32,000 bases of DNA from Candidatus Methylomirabilis oxygeniifera. GTDB lineage: Bacteria > Methylomirabilota > Methylomirabilia > Methylomirabilales > Methylomirabilaceae. The notes beneath the pieces were generated by a model. It was not told where the DNA came from, did not search any database, and saw only the letters and a list, made by a program, of their open reading frames with translations. Below are positions 26,512-32,000 of this stretch, piece by piece. How positions within the stretch are numbered: the stretch's first letter is position 1; every line of letters starts with the position of its first letter. The translations under genes were made by a program, and so were the position numbers. The stretch covers positions 1,950,001-1,982,000 of the forward strand of contig FP565575.1 in assembly GCA_000091165.1 (NCBI GenBank), given 5' to 3'.

Positions 26512-28214
26512 GCGAACTCCAGGTAGGTATCCGGCAGCCGATTCTCATACAGCAGAACATCGCCTTCGCAGACGATCGCCTTGAGACAGTCGGCTACTTC
26601 GTCCGCGTGTCTGGCTATCAGGACTCGACTTCCGGAAAAACCGGCCTCGCGAAGCCCTTCCTGTAACGGTTGTGTCTGCTGTGGTCCGACCAATACCACA
26701 TAATCGCACACCGCAGCCGCCGCCCGGCCCAAGCGGCGATTCTCCTCTGCCTCGATCTGACCCAGCTCCACCAGTCCCGGCGTGATCAGGATCTTCGAAC
26801 CTCCCTCAAACTGGCTGAGAACCTCCAAGGCCATCTGCGCCCCGCGCGGGTTGGCGTTGGCCACATCGATCAGTTTGATAACCCCGCCTTCTTCGCGAAT
26901 CTCCAGGCGCTTTGGGGCTGGCGCCAACGCCCTGACGCCAGCGGCAATCTCCTCCAGGGGCACGCCGCACTCCAGCGCCGCAGCCGTTGCCCCCAGGATA
27001 TTGCCGATGTTCCAGCCGCCCAGTAGTCTGGTCTCGAACATGGCAGCGCCATGCCCGGTCTCCACGCGAAAGGCCGAACCCTTACTGGAGAGCGTAACAT
27101 CTTTCCCGCGGACACCCAGCGCCCTCTCGTCCTCGCCGATCCCGTACAAGAGCACGCGCCGACCTTCCTGTCTCGCACGCTCGGCCAACCGCAGGCAGAC
27201 CGGATCGTCGGCGTTCACGATCGCCAAGCCGTCCGGTGGAAGCGAATCGATCAGCTCATACTTCGCCTCGGCGATCCGCTCCGGCGTGCCGAATCGCTCG
27301 AGGTGTTGGACCCCAACCGCCGTAAGGATACCGATCCGAGGCCGCAAGACCTCGCACACCTCCCTGATCTCGCCGGGGCCGTACGCCGCCACTTCGACAA
27401 CAAAGAAGCGGTGATCGTCCCGCAGCCCCTCGCGAACGACCCGCACGATACCCATCGTGGTATTGACCCCATCCGGTGTCTTAAAGACCGGGTAGCGTCC
27501 ATGAAGCAACGCGGCGGTAATAAACTTGGTCGTGGTCTTCCCATAGCTCCCCGTGATCCCGATTACCTCTCCGGGATAGCGCCGCATACGCGCCGTTGCC
27601 TGCGCATAGAAACGCCGATTGATCGTCCGCTCCAACGGGGCGAGGCTCGCATTTGCCGCGAGGATCGTACCCGCTGCGACCTCAGACACCGTGAAAAGGC
27701 CGGCGACCAGGCCGATACCAACAAGGAGGGTGCGGGGAGCCACCGTAAGCCGGGACAACACGACCACACTCGACCAGGAGATGACAAGCAGGACCGCCGC
27801 TGCCAGAACGGACGTGACCGCTGCCAGGCGCACCGTTCGGGAGGTCCACTGCAATCGCTGGCTGACCTGAAGCGAGGTATACCGGGTTCTCAACCAGATC
27901 CCGGCGGCCAGCCAGACGATATACAACATGCCTATCCCAACGTACCTGAAGCCGAGAATGGAAGAGAGGGGCAAGCACGCAAAGAGGATTCCGGCCCCCA
28001 GAACTGCCGCCTGGACGAGGACTCCTCGGCCGTCCAGGACGATGCCCCAGTGCCTGACGATCCAGCCCCGCAGTCGCGCGCCGTTGTACCGCTCTAACTG
28101 GGCAAGGTAGATCAGATCCAGATGGCGTGCCACTGCGACCGCCACATACGGCAATAGACCGGTGACGGCCCGACCCGCAAACGAAGACCCGAGCGTCGTA
28201 TCCGACTGCATCAT
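26508..28214 (-). CDS. murF: MurF-like Mur ligase (central and C-terminal domains) fused to N-terminal multi-TM region
   Basis: N-terminal ~200 aa with several hydrophobic helices; then VIGITGSYGKTTTKFITAALL, EVAAYGPGEI, AVGVQHLERFGTPERIAEAKYEL, PAPKRLEIREEGGVIKLIDVANANPRGAQMAL. Start ATG at 28214 overlaps the hydrolase stop (ATGA). Confidence 0.75.
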   Translation of the reverse strand: MMQSDTTLGSSFAGRAVTGLLPYVAVAVARHLDLIYLAQLERYNGARLRGWIVRHWGIVLDGRGVLVQAAVLGAGILFACLPLSSILGFRYVGIGMLYIVWLAAGIWLRTRYTSLQVSQRLQWTSRTVRLAAVTSVLAAAVLLVISWSSVVVLSRLTVAPRTLLVGIGLVAGLFTVSEVAAGTILAANASLAPLERTINRRFYAQATARMRRYPGEVIGITGSYGKTTTKFITAALLHGRYPVFKTPDGVNTTMGIVRVVREGLRDDHRFFVVEVAAYGPGEIREVCEVLRPRIGILTAVGVQHLERFGTPERIAEAKYELIDSLPPDGLAIVNADDPVCLRLAERARQEGRRVLLYGIGEDERALGVRGKDVTLSSKGSAFRVETGHGAAMFETRLLGGWNIGNILGATAAALECGVPLEEIAAGVRALAPAPKRLEIREEGGVIKLIDVANANPRGAQMALEVLSQFEGGSKILITPGLVELGQIEAEENRRLGRAAAAVCDYVVLVGPQQTQPLQEGLREAGFSGSRVLIARHADEVADCLKAIVCEGDVLLYENRLPDTYLEFA

Positions 28215-28978
28215 CGGCCGTCCTGCCACAAGAACTCCCTCGCCACCCGGCTAAAACGGTCCGGCTGATCGACAAACGGGAAATGGCCGGCCCCTTCAAA
28301 CACCTCCAACCGCGAGCCCTGTATGCCGCGCGCCATGATCTCCATCGAAGAAAAAGGTACCTCCTGATCCCGATCTCCCCAGATGATCAGCGTAGGCACG
28401 CGAATAGACGGCAAGATCCCTCGAAGATCTTCGCCGACGACCTTGACCAGCGTAGCGCGCATAGGTCCGGCGTTCCGATAGTCCCGCGATCCTATCCGTC
28501 GATAGAGTTCGGCTACAATCCGCTCGCCCAGCCTACCCCACACAGGTAACGAAAACAGCCGTTTTGCCAGCTTCACGGAGCCGACCTTGACGCGAAACAG
28601 AAGCCCTCGTCTCGGGCGGATCCCCGCACTGGCCGCCAGAATAAGACTTCGAACCCTGTCGGGCCTTTGAGCGGCTAACACAAGCGCGATTCGGCCTCCA
28701 AATGAATGCCCGATCAGGTCGGCCGTCTGGATACCAATGCGATCCATGAACGCCTCGACATAGGACGCATACTCCCATGTCCCCCACGTTGTCGTAGCGG
28801 ATGGGGTCCAGCCAAAACCCGGCAGGTCAAGCGCGTATACCCGGAATCGATCCTCTAACGCCTTGGCAACGACACTCAATGACTCGGCCGAGGTGCCCCA
28901 TCCATGCAGAAGAACCACCGGCCTGCCCTCTCCCCACACAATGAAATGGGTGTCCAGGTCACCAACACGAATCAGCAC
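28211..28978 (-). CDS. Alpha/beta hydrolase
   Basis: PVVLLHGWGTSAESLSVVAKAL, DLPGFGWTPS, DLIGHSFGGRIALVLAAQRPDRV, TLIIWGDRDQEVPFSS, EGAGHFPFVDQPDRF. Confidence 0.92.
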   Translation of the reverse strand: MLIRVGDLDTHFIVWGEGRPVVLLHGWGTSAESLSVVAKALEDRFRVYALDLPGFGWTPSATTTWGTWEYASYVEAFMDRIGIQTADLIGHSFGGRIALVLAAQRPDRVRSLILAASAGIRPRRGLLFRVKVGSVKLAKRLFSLPVWGRLGERIVAELYRRIGSRDYRNAGPMRATLVKVVGEDLRGILPSIRVPTLIIWGDRDQEVPFSSMEIMARGIQGSRLEVFEGAGHFPFVDQPDRFSRVAREFLWQDGR

Positions 28979-28993
28979 ACCACCACCAAATAC

Positions 28994-29110
28994 AGGGTAT
29001 AGGGTATAGGGTGTAGGGTGTAAGAACAGGGTTCAGAGTATTAGGGGGTAGAGTGTAACAAAGAGTTTCTTGGTGTTTTCTTAACTCCATACCCTTTACC
29101 CTACACCCTG
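28994..29110. repeat. Inverted pair of telomere-like heptamer arrays
   Basis: AGGGTAT AGGGTAT AGGGTGT AGGGTGT (28994-29021, gapless) facing CCATACCCTTTACCCTACACCCTG (29087-29110). Confidence 0.8.
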
Positions 29111-30615
29111 TCTTTACGGCGGAACCCCAACTCGTGAAGCGCCTCTCGCGCCACCAATCGATCATCAAAGGGGATCGTTCGATCGCGAAGAATCTGGTAG
29201 GTCTCGTGTCCCTTCCCCGCGATCACCACCATGTCACCTCTACCCGCCAGCGAGAGGGCCTCCCGAATTGCCATCCCTCGGTCTAAAATTGTAACATAGC
29301 CCTTACCCTGCCCCCACACCTTTTTCGCCCCGGTTTCGATCTCCTCAATGATCTGATGAGGGTCCTCACCACGAGGATTATCGGATGTGATCACCGTGAA
29401 GTCGGCCAATTCCAGAGCGGCTTCTCCCATGAGCGGACGCTTCCCCCGATCGCGCTCTCCTCCGCATCCAAACAGGACGATCAGGCGTCCTGGACAGCAT
29501 TGCCGCGCCATGCGGAGGACACGTCGCAGCGCGTCCGGGGTATGCGCATAATCAACCATCACACTGAACGCCTGCCCAGTCTCCACCCGCTCACACCGAC
29601 CCGGAACGTGATGGAGCGCTGCGATCCCGTCGGCCACCGCGGACAAATCCGCGCCCAGATGCAACCCTGTAGCGGCAGCCGCCAGGATGTTGGACAGGTT
29701 GTAGCGTCCCAGTAGCGGAGAGCGAATCGCCGTCGTCCCCCACGGCGTCTGCAACCGGCACCGGATTCCGTCCGGCCCCATCTTGACATCAGCAACCGAC
29801 AGATCCGCCGGTCCCTCCACGCTGTAGCTGTAACGCCTCACCCGCGTCGCCCCAAGAAAGAGATCTGCGGCCGGATCATCCAGATTGACGACCGCCGCCT
29901 TCTCCGTCGTTTTTGTTGACCCTACGCCCAATCCCTCAAACATGGACAGCTTTGCGCTCCGATACGCCTCCATGGTGCCATGAAAGTCCAGATGGTCCTG
30001 CGTCAGGTTCGTGAACACGGCCACGTCAAACTCGCAGCCATCAACGCGATGCAAAGCCAGGGCGTGCGATGAGACCTCCATGACCACACTATCGGCGCGC
30101 AGACGCGCCATCCGTTCGAGGAGCGCTTGCAGATCGCAGGATTCCGGTGTGGTCCGCGCCGCCTCCAGCTCCAGCTCGTTACAGCGATACCCGATCGTGC
30201 CGATCAGTCCGACCTGATGCCCCGCGCACCGTAGCACCGACTCGACCAGGTAGGTCGTGGTGGTCTTGCCGTTGGTCCCGGTCACTCCCACCATGGAGAG
30301 ACTGCGCGAGGGATGACCGTAGAACCGACACGCAACGGCAGCAAGGCTTTGCCGGGTATTCGCCACCTTCACCACCGTCCCGCCCTGCAGCGCCGCCTCC
30401 GTCAGATCGGTTCGCTCTACCAGGGCTGCAACAGCGCCTGCTGCCCAGGCGGCCTGAATAAAGTCGTGGCCATCCCGCCTGAACCCTCCGATACATACGA
30501 ACAGATCGCCGGGCTTTACCTGTCTGGAATCGTACCGGATCTCATGAACCTCCAGATCGACGGACCCGCGGAGGACCTGGTGCTCGGTTCCGTTAATTAA
30601 GTCGAAAAGCTGCAT
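29101..30615 (-). CDS. murE: UDP-N-acetylmuramoyl-tripeptide synthetase, meso-diaminopimelate-adding
   Basis: VGVTGTNGKTTTTYLV, DLTQDHLDFHGTMEAY, DYAHTPDALRRVL; DNPRGEDP motif typical of meso-DAP-adding MurE. ATG at 30615 (MQLFDL). Confidence 0.96.
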   Translation of the reverse strand: MQLFDLINGTEHQVLRGSVDLEVHEIRYDSRQVKPGDLFVCIGGFRRDGHDFIQAAWAAGAVAALVERTDLTEAALQGGTVVKVANTRQSLAAVACRFYGHPSRSLSMVGVTGTNGKTTTTYLVESVLRCAGHQVGLIGTIGYRCNELELEAARTTPESCDLQALLERMARLRADSVVMEVSSHALALHRVDGCEFDVAVFTNLTQDHLDFHGTMEAYRSAKLSMFEGLGVGSTKTTEKAAVVNLDDPAADLFLGATRVRRYSYSVEGPADLSVADVKMGPDGIRCRLQTPWGTTAIRSPLLGRYNLSNILAAAATGLHLGADLSAVADGIAALHHVPGRCERVETGQAFSVMVDYAHTPDALRRVLRMARQCCPGRLIVLFGCGGERDRGKRPLMGEAALELADFTVITSDNPRGEDPHQIIEEIETGAKKVWGQGKGYVTILDRGMAIREALSLAGRGDMVVIAGKGHETYQILRDRTIPFDDRLVAREALHELGFRRKDRV

Positions 30616-32000
30616 TGCGGATCCCTTCCGCCAGCCGAAACGGCGCTCGGTCAACTGGGGTCTTCCTAAGGTGCTTCAGGGACTCACGAGCAATCTCCCG
30701 GAACGTCGGCGCCGCAATCGATCCGCCCCAACGGAGTGTGGTCGGCTCATCAATGATGACGATAATAGCCAGTCGAGGCCGCTCTACCGGGACAAACCCG
30801 ACAAACGACGCCACCACCTTATGTCGAGAGTAACGGCCGGTCGCTCGATCTACCTTCTGAGAGGTCCCGGTCTTGCCTGCTACTTCGAATCCCTCCACGG
30901 CAGCGGCCTTTCCCGTTCCTTCCGTCACGACTCCCTTAAGAATAGTCGCAAGGGTTCTCGCGGTATCTTCCGAGATAACTCGTCTGACCTGCATCGGTGC
31001 GTTCTCGAGGACAACTTGGCCGTCCGCCGCAACGATTGATTTCGCAACGTATGGACGAATCAGGTTGCCGCCGTTCGCAATAGCGCTCATCGCCGTTAAC
31101 ATCTGCAGCGGACTGACGGAGATCTCCTGTCCGATGGAGAGCGATGCGAGCGAGAGGGCCGACCACTCCTTCGGACGTCGGATCAAACCGGGCGTCTCTC
31201 CCGGCAGATCGATCTTAGTAAGATTCCCGAACCCGAACCCGCTGATGTAATCGTAGTAGTGGCTTTTGCCTAACCGCTGGCCGACCCTAATAGCCCCCAC
31301 ATTACTGGAGTGAGCCATCACCTCGGCAAACGTGAGGGTCTCAAACCGTTCGTGATCCCGAATCGTGACCCCGCCCACCTCGATGGCGCCCCCCTCAGCG
31401 TTGAACCGGTCTTCTGGCCGCACAAGCCTTTCCTCCAGGGCACCGGCGCCCACGATGGCCTTGAATGCCGACCCCGGCTCGTAGTAATCAGCCACCGCGC
31501 GATTCCGACGGGCGAACGCCGATGCCTCGGCATACACATTAGGGTCAAACGTCGGATAGTTGGCAAGCGCCAGGATCTCGCCGCTGAAAGGATCCATCAC
31601 AATGGCGCTGCCGCTGAGCGCGACGGATTGGCTCACCGCAGCCTCCAGCTCCCGCTCAGTGATATACTGGATCACCTCATCAATCGTCAGATGCAGATCT
31701 GAACCCTGTGCTTCGCCGGCTTCCTCTCTGAAGATCGGCCGACGCTTGGCATCCTGTTGCCGCATGATCCACTTACGCTTACCGGCCAGGTAGATATCGT
31801 ACTGCAGTTCAAGTCCTTCCAGTCCCTGGTCGTCCGTCCCGACAAATCCCAGCAGGTGGGCTGCCTGTTGGGATTTCGGATAAAATCGCTTACCATGCAC
31901 ATCGGATCCGATCCCCTTCAGCATAAGGCGCTCCACTGCCTCCGCCTCCTCAGCAGAGGCTGATCGCTTGAGGTAGACAAACGACTTTCCTGCTCGCAAT
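30593..32000 (-). CDS. ftsI: Penicillin-binding protein FtsI/PBP3 family, N-terminus beyond right edge
   Basis: Transpeptidase motifs EPGSAFKAI (SxxK), HSSNVGAI (SxN), EVAGKTGTSQK (KTG). Confidence 0.93.
   Translation of the reverse strand, partial: LRAGKSFVYLKRSASAEEAEAVERLMLKGIGSDVHGKRFYPKSQQAAHLLGFVGTDDQGLEGLELQYDIYLAGKRKWIMRQQDAKRRPIFREEAGEAQGSDLHLTIDEVIQYITERELEAAVSQSVALSGSAIVMDPFSGEILALANYPTFDPNVYAEASAFARRNRAVADYYEPGSAFKAIVGAGALEERLVRPEDRFNAEGGAIEVGGVTIRDHERFETLTFAEVMAHSSNVGAIRVGQRLGKSHYYDYISGFGFGNLTKIDLPGETPGLIRRPKEWSALSLASLSIGQEISVSPLQMLTAMSAIANGGNLIRPYVAKSIVAADGQVVLENAPMQVRRVISEDTARTLATILKGVVTEGTGKAAAVEGFEVAGKTGTSQKVDRATGRYSRHKVVASFVGFVPVERPRLAIIVIIDEPTTLRWGGSIAAPTFREIARESLKHLRKTPVDRAPFRLAEGIRNAAFRLN

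Noticed and set aside
27051-28097. Long plus-strand ORF (348 aa)
   Set aside because: Antisense to the murF-like gene; composition is Arg/Pro/Asp-rich shadow coding with no family signature.
28994-29021. CRISPR or minisatellite interpretation of the heptamer array
   Set aside because: Repeats are contiguous 7-mers with no spacers and no cas genes nearby; not CRISPR.

Overview
The window has two parts. (1) 1 to ~6.5 kb is an accessory region. It holds a left-edge partial YceI-family gene (minus, absent from the ORF track) and a run of small minus-strand genes: hypotheticals, an SH3-like exported protein and a PIN/Phd-type toxin-antitoxin pair. Two intergenic gaps (938-1031, 1606-1704) carry sequences with integron attC architecture (R''-L''...L'-R', one unpaired extrahelical base per stem). 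Two more degenerate relatives (438-524, 4450-4532) share 48/60 bases. I read ~0.43-4.5 kb as a possible integrase-less gene-cassette cluster (CALIN-like or remnant sedentary integron); this is an inference and no integrase is in the window. (2) 6.1-32 kb, all minus strand, is ordinary core sequence. It contains a DUF488-like protein, a P2-like P-type ATPase, an FNT-family transporter, an octaheme HAO-like cytochrome c, MscS, IclR, YggS, a small Cys4 protein and a division/cell-wall (dcw) cluster: ftsZ, ftsA, ftsQ, murB, murC, murG, ftsW, murD, mraY, ddl, a membrane-fused murF-like gene, an alpha/beta hydrolase, murE and a partial ftsI. Unusual dcw points are the MurF-like ligase whose N-terminal domain is replaced by a multi-TM region, the hydrolase inserted between murE and murF, and paired inverted arrays of a degenerate telomere-like heptamer (AGGGTRT) in exactly two intergenic gaps. 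Gene content resembles an NC10/Methylomirabilis-like bacterium, but that is only an impression. No rRNA, tRNA or CRISPR was recognised.
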